Shown: positions 12,390-23,798, counted from the whole stretch's first letter. The stretch: DNA of 63,068 nucleotides, filler included, from Collodictyon triciliatum (GCA_043381765.1; 31 parts of 31 records of this genome joined end to end with filler, not necessarily neighbours in it); one strand, 5' to 3'. Translations and numbers: made by a program. The notes: generated from the letters alone by a model not told the origin.

Positions 12390-14081
12390 ATGAACTCAAC
12401 AGATTGTATTTGTAAAGATGGGTTTGATCTAAGAAATTTTACGTGTGATTGCAGACCTGGGTGTTATGAAGATAAAAAAGAGTGTTATCGATGTCCACCA
12501 AGCACCTACAACGAGAGATATGGGCTGGCTTTATGTAAAGAATGCCCGACAAACTCGTACACAAATAAAAGTGGTTCTGAATCAGTAAACGATTGTGTTT
12601 GTCTAAAGTTTACGTACTTGGATTCGATAAATGAAAAATGTGAAAGTTGCCCTAGAGGCTTTATCTGCGACGGAAGTAGTCAACTAATCGTTGCACCTGT
12701 ATATTGGCAAGCACCGACATCGAATGGGGATTATATTGCTTACAAATGTCTGAATGAAGATGCTTGCCATGGAGGAAACAACACGTGTGCCGAAGGATAC
12801 ACAGGCGCACTTTGTAGTGTTTGTGAAAAAGGCTACGGAAAGATGGGCATATTTTGTGTAAAATGTCCTAACGAAGGAACGAACGGCTTTTTGGTTTTCC
12901 TCAGTATAACATTTCCATTTTTATTCGTCTGTTACATGGTAGAGCCATCCAGACAACCTAAAACAGCAAATATTCAAATTTTAAAGACGCTGTCATCTCA
13001 TTTTCAAGTTTTGTCATATTTGGCGAACTTTGATGTGGACTGGAGCTCTACAATCATATCCATAATGAAATTTCCAGCTTTTTTTTCATTTTCATTATCG
13101 ATTGACAGCTATCCGATGGAATGTAGATTCGAAATGACAATCTACGACAAGGTTTTGTATTCGATGATAACCCCTCTGGTATTGATTGGAGTAGTACTTT
13201 TTGTAGTTGCAATCAAAACATTATGGAAACTTAAAACCAATCAAATAGATAAAAAGGATGTTCCTTTCTTCAAGATTAACCAAGAGTTTATATTTTCCAT
13301 GCTGGTTATGCTATTTTTTGTCCACCCAACAGTGACTTCGTCAATATCTAATATATTTCGCTGCGAGAGGTATGGTGATGAAAGTTACTTGAATGCTGAC
13401 ATGTTTATTTTGTGTGAAGACTCAACTTATCTATATTGGACTAAATTTTCTGTAGCGTACTTGGTACTTTATTGCTTCGGAGGTCCACTTATTCTGGCTG
13501 CATATATGTTTAGAAACAGGTCATCTCTGATTGACCCTGCATCGAACACGTATAACTTACTCAGATTTCTTGTTGATGGGTACACAGAGAAGTGTTACTA
13601 TTGGGAAATTGTGACTATGATACAAAAATTACTGGTTGTGATCATAAGTGTTTTCTTTTCACCATCTTTGCAAATTTACTTTGGATTATGGTTGCTCTTG
13701 ATTACTGTCGCATCTTCTATTTATTTCAAGCCTTTTATGTCTAATGTACTTCGGAAGTCACAAATTTGGTCTATATCGGTGCTTTATTTTACCTTGATGA
13801 CAAGCCTTTTATTCAGATATGCAGACCTTAGTACATTTAGTGAATATTTTCTTGCGGCAGCTGTTTTTTTGTTAAATGGGATGATTGCGGTCATATCTCT
13901 AATCAAAGCTGGACCTGTTGTTTTCGTTTCTTTCTTCAATAAGATGGAGATATTTGCACAGTCAATTTTCGAAACTGTAGCGAACTCATCCTTTATGATA
14001 TACACCAATAGCAGATGGGAAGAATTAAAAAAGGATAGGGAATTAACCAATATCAGGGGAGAAACAAAAACTTTTCTTTAA
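12390..14081 (+). CDS. Cys-rich (GCC2/GCC3, ephrin-receptor-like) ectodomain plus multi-pass membrane protein
   Basis: CPPSTYN..CKECPTNSYT, CPRGFIC, YW, GYTGALCSVC, then ~8-9 hydrophobic segments with YL.ADM...C and GY....YYWE motifs typical of a protist receptor-like family. Confidence 0.8.
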   Translation: MNSTDCICKDGFDLRNFTCDCRPGCYEDKKECYRCPPSTYNERYGLALCKECPTNSYTNKSGSESVNDCVCLKFTYLDSINEKCESCPRGFICDGSSQLIVAPVYWQAPTSNGDYIAYKCLNEDACHGGNNTCAEGYTGALCSVCEKGYGKMGIFCVKCPNEGTNGFLVFLSITFPFLFVCYMVEPSRQPKTANIQILKTLSSHFQVLSYLANFDVDWSSTIISIMKFPAFFSFSLSIDSYPMECRFEMTIYDKVLYSMITPLVLIGVVLFVVAIKTLWKLKTNQIDKKDVPFFKINQEFIFSMLVMLFFVHPTVTSSISNIFRCERYGDESYLNADMFILCEDSTYLYWTKFSVAYLVLYCFGGPLILAAYMFRNRSSLIDPASNTYNLLRFLVDGYTEKCYYWEIVTMIQKLLVVIISVFFSPSLQIYFGLWLLLITVASSIYFKPFMSNVLRKSQIWSISVLYFTLMTSLLFRYADLSTFSEYFLAAAVFLLNGMIAVISLIKAGPVVFVSFFNKMEIFAQSIFETVANSSFMIYTNSRWEELKKDRELTNIRGETKTFL

Positions 14082-15071
14082 AAAATGTCTTACTCTCTCA
14101 CTCACTCACTCACTCACTCACTCACTCACTCACTCACTCACTCACTCACTCACTCACTCACTCACTCACTCACTCACTCACTCACTCACTCACTCACNNN
14201 NNNNNNNNNNNNNNNNNNNNNNNNNNNNNNNNNNNNNNNNNTTAATTAATTAANNNNNNNNNNNNNNNNNNNNNNNNNNNNNNNNNNNNNNNNNNNNAAA
14301 AAAAAGAGAATAAAAAAAAAGAGAATAAAAAAAAAGAGAATAAAAAAAAAGAGAATAAAAAAAAGAGAATAAAAAGAGAATAAAAAAAGAAAAAAAAAAA
14401 AAAAAATAAAAAAAAGAGAATAAAAAAAAGAGAATAAAAAAAGAGAATAAAAAAAAAAGAGAATAAAAAAAAAGAGAATAAAAAAAAGAGAATGAAGAAA
14501 AAGGGAATAAAAAAGAATAAAAAAGAATAAAAAAGAATAAAAAAGAATAAAAAAGAATAAAAAAGAATAAAATAAAAAAAAGAGAATATAAACCCGCTTC
14601 GTGAGCCCCAGAAGCTGTCATGGTAGTCCTCTTCATAGGCGCTCAGCATGGTCCGATTTGTGTGCCCCTTCTTTTGCTGGCCCGACTGACCTTTCGACAC
14701 GTTCATTCTGCGTGCTACTATGCAATCGTTCAATAGTTTACTTGGGCCAATCCTGAGCAAGAAGCACCCGATCATACCCACTCACAGCCTTCGTTTGCTG
14801 TCAAGCGAAGACTTTTAGCGTTAGAATCTGCCAAACTATCTCACAACATTCAAAGCGTCATATGAATCGCGCCTTTTATGATCCGATCACACGTAAAGCC
14901 ACACGCAATAATTAAATAAAGATAATAACAATAATAATAAACAGGTAAAAGAAAGCAACTGATGCATATGCAGAAATAGAAAAGCGCAAAAAAGAGACCA
15001 CAGTGATGGAGAGTGTAATATAAAAAACGGCGACACTGAAGACGCAAACACTGAACAGGTCTGAGCGTAGG

Positions 15072-15305
15072 ATGAGCCCAAAGGCAACCGCAGCGTCCTT
15101 CCGAGCAGTCCTTCGTGCACTGGATGGAGTCTGCGAAAAGAGTCACGCACTCGCCTCAACACTCAAGTCCAAGACAGCAACGTCCAGTGGACCGCTGCCA
15201 AAGGTATGGCGCACTCACGCTCGGGCAGCCGCAGCCTCCAGAGTGTGGGACGATTCCGACGCGGCTGAGTACGCAAGTCTTGTCTCCAACATCCACAAAC
15301 ACCGG
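15072..15305 (+). CDS. First exon of a small protein, possibly FMC1/LYR-family mitochondrial ATP synthase assembly factor
   Basis: FRAVLRAL at the N-terminus and AAEYASLVSNIHKHR resemble FMC1-like proteins; followed by a GT donor. Similarity judged by eye only. Confidence 0.4.
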
Positions 15306-15384
15306 GTTTGTCTCGTCCTTTCTCTCCTCTTTTTTCTTTCTTATGTTCTTGGTACTATTCTTGACTGGTTAACTATTCCCCCAC

Positions 15385-16238
15385 TTTTTTTTTAATTATA
15401 TTTATATTTATTTTCTTTTTGATTCTACCTCTCCTTTTCGTCCAGAGTCTCTTGTTTGACATGGGGCTTGGTGAGGTTCAGGTGAGTGTTCGGCAGACTT
15501 TGAATCGTAGCGCAGCGAGCGTGGGTCTTTCCATGCCGAAGGAATACGGAGAGGAAAAGGCCGATAAATGATGAACACACGATTCTCTTGTCTTCTAATC
15601 CCTTTCTCATCCCTTTTTCACATGTCTCTTCTCACAGGGTCTGAGTAGTGGAGAACGTGCAGGTGGCGAAGGAAGTTATTGAGGAAAGAGATTTGTATGA
15701 TGTCATTCAACCTATTATCAGGAATGGGTGGCTGGTTGTTGAGTCTTACTTTGCGTGAGTATGTGCGCGCTATCCACATAGTCCATAGCAAATAGCCTCG
15801 CATCACTGCCCAGAATGTTTTTGCATCTGGTCGCAGCTGTTGCAGAGGCCCAAATATCGCCTGGATTGGGCCAACAGCCGCAGCCGCCTTGAGAGTCAGT
15901 CGAAGAATCTCACCGCTGTTTTGCGCAGGTTTTGAGCGAAGGGACATTGCACAAATGTGTGCTCAATGGATTCATCACCGTTGCTGCAAAGTGTGCATTG
16001 TTGGGAGACTTTGCCAGCTTTTGCCGCACGTGTGCCTATACATAGCTCCCTATTGGTGATATCAAGCATTAGAGAGCGGTGATTTGGAAGGACTTGCGGG
16101 GTTCGTGCTTGTCTCCAGCTCGCGGTGAGCGGGGTGTGGGTGATGCCCAGGGTTTCTCCCCATCGTTGATGTTTTGACTTTTTGTAGGGTGTTGGCGGCG
16201 ATATTTTGTATCGAAAGAATTTGGAGTAGGCCATAGCC
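15385..16238 (-). mobile_element. Non-LTR retrotransposon (L1/Tx1-like) 3' part with zf-RVT CCHC finger, decayed
   Basis: CTLCSNGDESIEHTFVQCPFA (CxxC-x5-ExxxH-x4-C), then LLWTMWIAR. Frameshift near 15900 and TGA where the 9.7-kb copy has Trp. A-rich 3' end. Confidence 0.78.
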
Positions 16239-16599
16239 NNNNNNNNNNNNNNNNNNNNNNNNNNNNNNNNNNNNNNNNNNNNTTAATTAATTAANNNNNN
16301 NNNNNNNNNNNNNNNNNNNNNNNNNNNNNNNNNNNNNNCTCTTCTTTCTCTCTTCTTTCTCTCTTCTTTCTCTCTTCTTTCTCTCTTCTTTCTCTCTTCT
16401 TTCTCTCTTCTTTCTCTCTTCTTTCTCTCTTCTTTCTCTCTATTCTTTATATACTCTTATTATTTTGGCTTTGTCGTTTTCTCTCACTGAAAAGAAAGGA
16501 AAGAGTAAGTTTGTACCGAACCCCCATGTCTTCGCACTGCACCTGTATTTCTGATTGTTTAAAAAAACAAAATACCTCTCTTTAAAACTACTCCTAAAG

Positions 16600-17943
16600 T
16601 GCCGGTATCACCTCGCTACAGGCCGCAGAAGTGTTTGGACAAGTCGACGAAGAACTCCAAAGCGCATTTTTAGAGCGACTCAAGCACATTCACCAGCAGG
16701 AGCAAAACATCATCGACCATGTAACGATTGCTTTTGCATACAACCGTGTCATTTTCATGGCCCATTTACAAAGTCTCTTCCGCATCTACCTGAGCAGCTG
16801 CGGGTCATTTCACGCCGCCAAGTCAAGGCCTTGAGCCACATGGAAGAAAACTGCACCCGGCTTATCCGATTAAGCAAAAACATCGTAGACCGAAAAGCTC
16901 GGAAGGGCCCATCCAATCACACACATTGGTCTTTGGTATCGGTGCTCTTCGACCCATCTGTCATGTCAACTCGAAGCAGCGAATCCGTCGTTGCTGGGCC
17001 GCACCAGCGCAGCTTTTTCATCTGCAATCGTGTGGAAAAGATCGCTGTAATTGTGCATCACGTGGACATTGCCCCACACTCCATCGTGCACGAGGGGTTT
17101 TTCCCCATCACGCGAACAGTATCCACCATCTCTTCGGCTGTGGAAACCTTCTCTACCTCAAAGTGTGGCCATAAAGTGGCTGGCCCATGGGGCTTGGCCA
17201 TCCACCCCATCACCGGGAATGTCTTTGTTGCCGAAAGAATGAACTCGTGCATCCTCGAGCTTGATCCGGACCTTCGCTTCGTGAAGGCACACAAGTGTAT
17301 GAAAACCAGCGATGGATTCGTCGATTTTAATTCGCCCATCGGCGTGGGCATCTCATCGGAAGGGATGATAGCGGTTGTGGAGTATAACAAGCACCAAATG
17401 AGGCTTCTCGACAGTGACTTCCGCCTCATCCGAACTGTGGGCAAACAAGGCAAGGCCACCGGCGACTTCAGCTACCCGTATTTTGTTCAGTTTGACCCAG
17501 AGGACAACATGTATCTGAGCGACAACAGCAATGGCTGCATTCACAAGTTTGACTCGAGCGGGAAGCTTCTGTTTGACCTTGCCGAGCATAAAAGTACTGG
17601 CTCTGTCGGCGTTCCATCGGGCGTCGCTGTTCTCGAGTCCGGGGTTGTCATCGGCATCGGATGCGGGAAGTCTGTGGTGAAGTGCTTTGCTTCAGACGGG
17701 TCTTTCAAGAGCGAAATCAGCCTTCCTGAGTCGACTGCGTCGGGCTCTTACAACCATCTCGCACGCGGGCCGGATAATACGTTTGTTCTCTCGGACAAAG
17801 GAAATAACAGAGTCTGTGTTGTGGACTTGAGCGGGACTGTCCTGCTGACGTTTGGGGCGAATGGTCCGGTCGGCGCGGCCTTTGGTATAAACAACAGGTT
17901 GTATGTGGCAGAGAGCGCAGGCAACAGAGTCTGCATGTTTTGA
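16600..17943 (+). CDS. Coiled-coil plus NHL-repeat beta-propeller protein (TRIM-NHL-like C-terminus); possible frameshift near 16775
   Basis: GPWGLAIHP, FNSPIGVGI, FSYPYFVQFD..MYLSDNSN and GPVGAAF..RLYVAESAGNRVCMF NHL repeats. Confidence 0.85.
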   Translation, partial: CRYHLATGRRSVWTSRRRTPKRIFRATQAHSPAGAKHHRPCNDCFCIQPCHFHGPFTKSLPHLPEQLRVISRRQVKALSHMEENCTRLIRLSKNIVDRKARKGPSNHTHWSLVSVLFDPSVMSTRSSESVVAGPHQRSFFICNRVEKIAVIVHHVDIAPHSIVHEGFFPITRTVSTISSAVETFSTSKCGHKVAGPWGLAIHPITGNVFVAERMNSCILELDPDLRFVKAHKCMKTSDGFVDFNSPIGVGISSEGMIAVVEYNKHQMRLLDSDFRLIRTVGKQGKATGDFSYPYFVQFDPEDNMYLSDNSNGCIHKFDSSGKLLFDLAEHKSTGSVGVPSGVAVLESGVVIGIGCGKSVVKCFASDGSFKSEISLPESTASGSYNHLARGPDNTFVLSDKGNNRVCVVDLSGTVLLTFGANGPVGAAFGINNRLYVAESAGNRVCMF

Positions 17944-18519
17944 TGAGGGTGCCACGGAAGTCCGGTGCGTGGCTCGAATAAATCTCGCCGCACGGCAGAG
18001 TGTGACAAAGGATTGTGCATCAGTGGGAAAGAATAGAGAACGGGAGGGGGAAAGAGCACTTGTGTGTGGCACGTTAAATACAGTGTGGATATGGCGGTTT
18101 CTTGTTCTTTTCTCTTTTCACTTTTCTATTTTTCTTGTTATTTTTTGTTATTTTTTGTTATTTTTTGTTATTTTTTGTTATTTTTTGTTATTTTTTGTTA
18201 TTTTTTGTTATTTTTTGTTATTTTTTGTTATTTTTTGTTATTTTGTTCAATATTGTCATCATTTATATATTAATAGTTANNNNNNNNNNNNNNNNNNNNN
18301 NNNNNNNNNNNNNNNNNNNNNNNTTAATTAATTAANNNNNNNNNNNNNNNNNNNNNNNNNNNNNNNNNNNNNNNNNNNNTTTTGTTTTTTTTTTGTTGGT
18401 TTGGTTGGTTTGGTTTATTACACTATCCAACATAATATGTCCAATTATATTTAAACTGATTAAAAGACATCCTATCAAAGAAATTAGCCCTGTAGTAAAG
18501 AATATCAAGGATTTTTAAA

Positions 18520-19629
18520 TTGATGTTCGGGTTCCTAGAAGCGCCGGGACCCAAAATGCCAGGAAACAGTTTTGGTTTCCAGGACAGGCCCAAAGTTAAT
18601 TTTCTTCATCATGAGACTGTGGCAGTGGCTGCTGGACTTACGAGGTCAGCCAGCACATGGCAATATTCATTTCTTTATCACTTGGCTTCAAAAATGAAGG
18701 TTTTCATTACATTTACCAAACACCTTTTTTTTTAAAGTCATGCTATTTTAGTTGTCACTAATATAGGTAACTTAGGCCGTTAAAGTGGGGATATTTTAAA
18801 CTCCACAGATACTCTCCTCTTTTTTTTTTTTTCATTGTCATTTTGAGAAGGGCGATATTATGCACACTGTCCTGATTACATGGATAAGATTAATCATAAG
18901 ATAACTTATTAGGTCCCATTTATTGCATTCAGCTCTGAGAGATTAAAGGTATGGCCGGATGAAAAGGTCTTAGGGAAGTCACTGATAATTAAGAGCCATC
19001 ATTTTGACTCAAAACTTCTGAAGCTCTCTGATTTTGTGATTACATCCCACCGGGACCTTCGAGATGTCCTCTCTTCGTACATCAGAAAGAATTTTTACGA
19101 CTGCGCCAGCTCTCAGGACCCAAATTACGAGTCGTGCATAGAAATGTTAGAGGCATATTTCCAGCATTACCTGCGCTGGGCTGAATTTTCCCATATAAAT
19201 ATCAAGTATGAGCATTGGTATTTCAATAGAATGGAATCTGCCCGAAAGATTATGGCTTTAGTTGGGGTAGACAAAGTGTCAGAGGATGAATTGGCCTTTT
19301 TAATGAAGCAATCGGACACAGTTTTTCAAGAGCAACACAATCAGACAGAGTCTTTTTGGTTTGTTGGTAAAATACATCACACAGACAATGATCAACCTGG
19401 CCTTTACAAGCAATTTCTGCATCCTGGTATTGTTGATTGTGTTAACTTTCTTTACTGGGATTGGTTGGTGGAGAATGAGTATGAGGTTGGTACCAAGAAG
19501 CCTAGGCCAACCATGTGGTGTATGAGGCTTCAATCTAAATTTGTGAAGATTCGAAAACGTAGATTTAGCAAGTCTTCGGGTTCAAGCTACTTAAGTCAAA
19601 AAAGCGAAAACATTCAAAAGAAACCCTAG
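18520..19629 (+). CDS. PAPS-dependent sulfotransferase family protein, multi-exon
   Basis: 5'-PSB loop GLTRSASTW, KSH, 3'-PB motif HRDLRDVLSS, IKYE. Confidence 0.75.
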
Positions 19630-19876
19630 TCATGGGACCGAAGTCCGTATTATTTTCTCATTTGTTCATCAACACCTTATTGCAAAGATTGCACACGAAA
19701 ATTTTTTGAACTGATCACATCAAAACTCGAAGATATACCGGCGATAGCCATTTTCTAATAAACGCTTCTGATGAAATCAGAAAACTAATAAAGAAATACT
19801 GTCCTACATATATAATTATATAGTTAACAGCAAGGATTAGAAAAATCATATAAATTTATTGAACAACCCTAGAATC

Positions 19877-20013
19877 TTTTTCCTTTATTCGATTCAAAGT
19901 GCAGCGAGGTTATGTCATACAAAGGGGCGGGATAGGTGCGCATGGTAGAGAGCAAGCGCGAGTAAGGGAAGGCACTACTGTGGAGAGGCTAGCACTGGAA
20001 AGAAATCAGTGAT
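19877..20013 (-). mobile_element. 5'-truncated copy of the LINE 3' UTR
   Basis: About 137 nt colinear with 9641-9783 (CTTTATTCGATTCAA..AGCGAGGTTATG..CATACAAAGGGGCGGGAT..AGCACTGGAAAGAAATCAGTGAT). Confidence 0.85.
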
Positions 20014-20471
20014 GAAAGACATTAAAATATTTTTCAAGAAATAAAGTATCCAGCTTCTTAATATGAATTTTTTGGGTGTACTAATATCATGCATATTTAT
20101 GGATATTAACTTCTTTTTAGGTGAGAAAAGAAACAATTAATTTTTAACTCCATCAATATTTTTGGGTTTGTTCATGAATCTTTGTTTTTGGTTTTGCTTA
20201 GTTTTGATTGGTTTTGCTTGTTTTTCTTTTCTTTTTTCTTTTTTCTTTTTTCTTTTTTCTTTTTTCTTTTTTCTTTTTTCTTTTTTCTTTTTTCTTTTTT
20301 CTTTTTTCTTTTTTCTTTTNNNNNNNNNNNNNNNNNNNNNNNNNNNNNNNNNNNNNNNNNNNNTTAATTAATTAANNNNNNNNNNNNNNNNNNNNNNNNN
20401 NNNNNNNNNNNNNNNNNNNAAAAGAAAACAGAAACAATCTTTTTTTTTTTTTTTTTTTTGCTTATACTCAG

Positions 20472-22013
20472 GGTGAGAATACTGTGATGTCCCTTCAAAC
20501 AGCTCGATATTTGCTCAAGGTATACCCTGAATCAAGCCTATCTTTCTTTCACACTCCATAATTTTATCCTTCTATAACAGTTTTCTTGTTTTATTTTTTT
20601 TTGTACAATTTTTGTGTTTACACATTTTCTCAAGTTCGATGTCTCAGTCATTTACTATATATTTCATTTCATTTTCTACACCAAATAACCCAGAAGAAAA
20701 TTCAAGGAGAAAAATTAGAACACGTTTTAACAGAATACGAGAACATGGACTTAGCTATTATCATATTACGTTTCTATCTCAACACTAACTAGCTTATTAA
20801 AAAAAAATCCACATGATAGTCCTTGGCTGCTGCACGAAATGGCACAAAAATTACTGGAAACACGAGTTATCTCAACAGCGCAAACGATCACCTTGAAGCG
20901 GTCAGTCCTGTCCGTTCTGCTGCTGATTGGCTGAGCCCTGGAGTTGTCCTCGACATATATCGCCACCGTGCTTGCAGGTTTCATTTCATTTTATTATGAC
21001 AGTATCAATTAGTCTCGCAGACCACTTTTTTTTTTGCGTTTTAATATTACTTTGAAGATTTGAATACAAAAAGATACTTGATAGATACCCATCATACTAT
21101 TTTCTCGTGCTTTCCTTTTGTTGGTCTTTTTCCTCCTCGCTCACTCATTAAGGTTGATTTCTTTTGTTCCCAAATGGCCACCGCTTAATAAATATGTATT
21201 ACCATTGCAGAATGGTTATCGACGCAGATGCGGAAGTTAAAGAAGGACTGAAGAGAGGACTCAGTCAAAGTGACGCATGGAATCAGGTACCATTTTTTTT
21301 TTCAGGCGTATAGCCATCACTTGCATCATATTTAAAGCATAAAGATGTGTAATTTAATGACAATATTTCGCCTCCAGCTTGTAAAAAAACAAAGATTGCC
21401 TTTAATTCTTTCTGTTCATTTCATTCTCATTCGCAAGGCCATGGTTTCTCTTGTTCGTGCCTCAAATGCCCATTGCCATTATACCGTCGTTCACAATTTC
21501 GTGGCCGGCATCGAGCAGCTGCCATCCAACCCTAATTCTGACCCGGCCATTGCCAAGTCCCTGAAGCTGTTGTGTGATTTTTACTCATTGGTTGGCATCG
21601 AAGAGAACCTTGGTGACTTTGCAGAGACTGGGTATGCACATAATAGTCTATAACAACCAATTACTTTATCTATACTTTAGGTCTATATAGGTAAGTCGAG
21701 GAGAAGAGTTGTGAGTTTTCATATATTTACTAAGATTTGAACACACAACAGGTTTGTTCGGCCCGAGCAAGTGCGATGGTTGAAGATGCAAATCCGCAAC
21801 ATACTTGGTCAACTGCGCCCCGATGCAATTGCGTTAGTGGACGGATGGGCTTTTTCAGACTTCCAACTCAACTCGGCACTCGGTCGCTACGATGGGGATG
21901 TTTACCGTGCGCTATGGGAATGGGCTCAGCAGGAGCCGATGAACAAGATGAAACAGCCCCCAGGGTATGAAAAAGCTATCAAGCCCTTACTGAATCTGCA
22001 CTCGAGACTATGA
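20472..22013 (+). CDS. ACOX1: Peroxisomal acyl-CoA oxidase, C-terminal multi-exon part
   Basis: GENTVMSLQTARYLLK, NAHCHY, LRPDAIALVDGWAFSDFQLNSALGRYDGDVY; ends in the PTS1 tripeptide SRL-stop. Confidence 0.93.
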
Positions 22014-22474
22014 TCCAAACATTCTCATGAAATAATGGAAAAAGAAAAGAAGAAAAAGAAAAGAGGAGCGCCCAAAACAAAACACAACATTTCATCTCCC
22101 CCTTCTTCATACTATATGACTCAGCTCCCCTAAACTTACACTATCACACTCCTCAATATACATTCCCCCGATGTCCATCTTACTTTTCTTCATGACCATC
22201 ACCAGCAGAAAAATGAATAAAGAATTTAAGAAAAGTTTACACAGAAAAACAAGAAACAAGAACAATAAAAACAATAAAAACAATAAAAACAATAAAAACA
22301 ATAAAAACAATAAAAACAATAAAAACAATAAAAACAATAAAAACAATAAAAACAATAAANNNNNNNNNNNNNNNNNNNNNNNNNNNNNNNNNNNNNNNNN
22401 NNNTTAATTAATTAANNNNNNNNNNNNNNNNNNNNNNNNNNNNNNNNNNNNNNNNNNNNCGCTTTACCAGCAAA

Positions 22475-22594
22475 CTAGAAGGGGTTTACCAAACGAAAGA
22501 TTGGTAAACCTGGTGCGCTAGTATCCAAGGTCTCACCACTTAGTTCACAAAGATCGTGTAGTGGTGAAGGCTGCCAGGAAATCCCCAACAGCCT
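22475..22594 (-). ncRNA. Putative Fanzor omegaRNA scaffold, copy B
   Basis: Three hairpins, including a perfect 10-bp stem GGTTTACCAA/TTGGTAAACC (22483-22492 and 22501-22510) next to the terminal CTAG at 22475-22478. Confidence 0.7.
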
Positions 22595-22869
22595 GTCTTT
22601 TAGAAGAAGATGTAGGCATATTTTGAAGGATGAAAAGAACTTTGTTGAGTATATCATTAGCGCTGATAAAGTCCCTTACCAAGAATACAGTTTGTTTGCT
22701 TTCTGACCGATTGCATTCTTTATATGAGACATCTATTCATTTTTTTTTTTTTTTTTGTATTTCCTTTCAGTTTCATATATTCCTGTTCTTTTTCGCAGTT
22801 ACAACACATCTTGGAGGTTCTAAATTCATCTACACCAACTGCTTCAAAGCGTTTGGATGTATTTTTCGT

Positions 22870-22914
22870 TTAAAAGACGAGACTCTTGCACTTTGAATCG
22901 AATTAAGGAAAAAA
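22870..22914 (+). mobile_element. 45-nt retroposed LINE 3' tip inside Fanzor copy B, with target-site duplication
   Basis: TGCACTTTGAATCGAATTAAGGAAAAAA matches the LINE 3' end. Flanked by GAT(A)GTATTTTTCGT at 22856-22869 and 22915-22929, which is single-copy in the other Fanzor copies. Confidence 0.8.
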
Positions 22915-23798
22915 GATAGTATTTTTCGTAATCTCCTTCCGATTGTTGCCATAAAATGTTTCACCTGACATTTTCTGCTCCAGTCTCCATAGACCAGTAC
23001 AACATCCTTGCCAAATGTCTTTTCGATTCGGTCCATAAACAATTCTTCACTTCTTTTTTGTACTTACATACTGTCTCCATCTCATCTTTCGAAAAGTTAC
23101 TCGTTCATAAAATCTGGAAAACTCTATCTGGAATCTTGATTTCATAGATACATATTTTCGAATTTTTTTCATAATCGACCGTGCTTGAAATATATCTACT
23201 CAGTTCTGTCTCTAAATCGATTAAAGATGCTCTTAATCTCTCAAACTGCTGATTCTCTTCAAAAGTCAGGGGAACAAAAGAAGCAGCACTTTGTAAATCT
23301 TTTGCCATGTATATCCCTGAAGCATTATACTTTTTCTTTCTCGCACATGAGTAGTTTGTGATTTTTAAGAGATTTGCTATCATGTCTTCTTTGGTGCGCC
23401 ATGTAACGTAATTTCTTACCTGTCTCATCCACCATCTAAACCAAATTAAACTTGCCTGCGTCCACTCCAATTATTTTTTTTCGCTAATAAAGATAACAGC
23501 TCTTCGGAAAGTTCATCTATATATTAACATAATCTTGGAACTTTTTTTTTTATTATACTTGAATTTTGAAATTGAAATACCTTTCTTTTCAAACAATGAT
23601 GACACCGCCAAGCTGTCTGTTTGTATCATGTATTTAAAATTGTAGTCTCTTTGACGAAAGACCCTCTTCTTCATTTCAAAGAAACCATCCCATCGGGTCT
23701 CTTTGCATCCTGATATATATTCAGTAGATATTTTTCCAGATAATACTAATAGAACTATCAAACATGCAGTATCTATATTAATGTGACATGGTATATTG

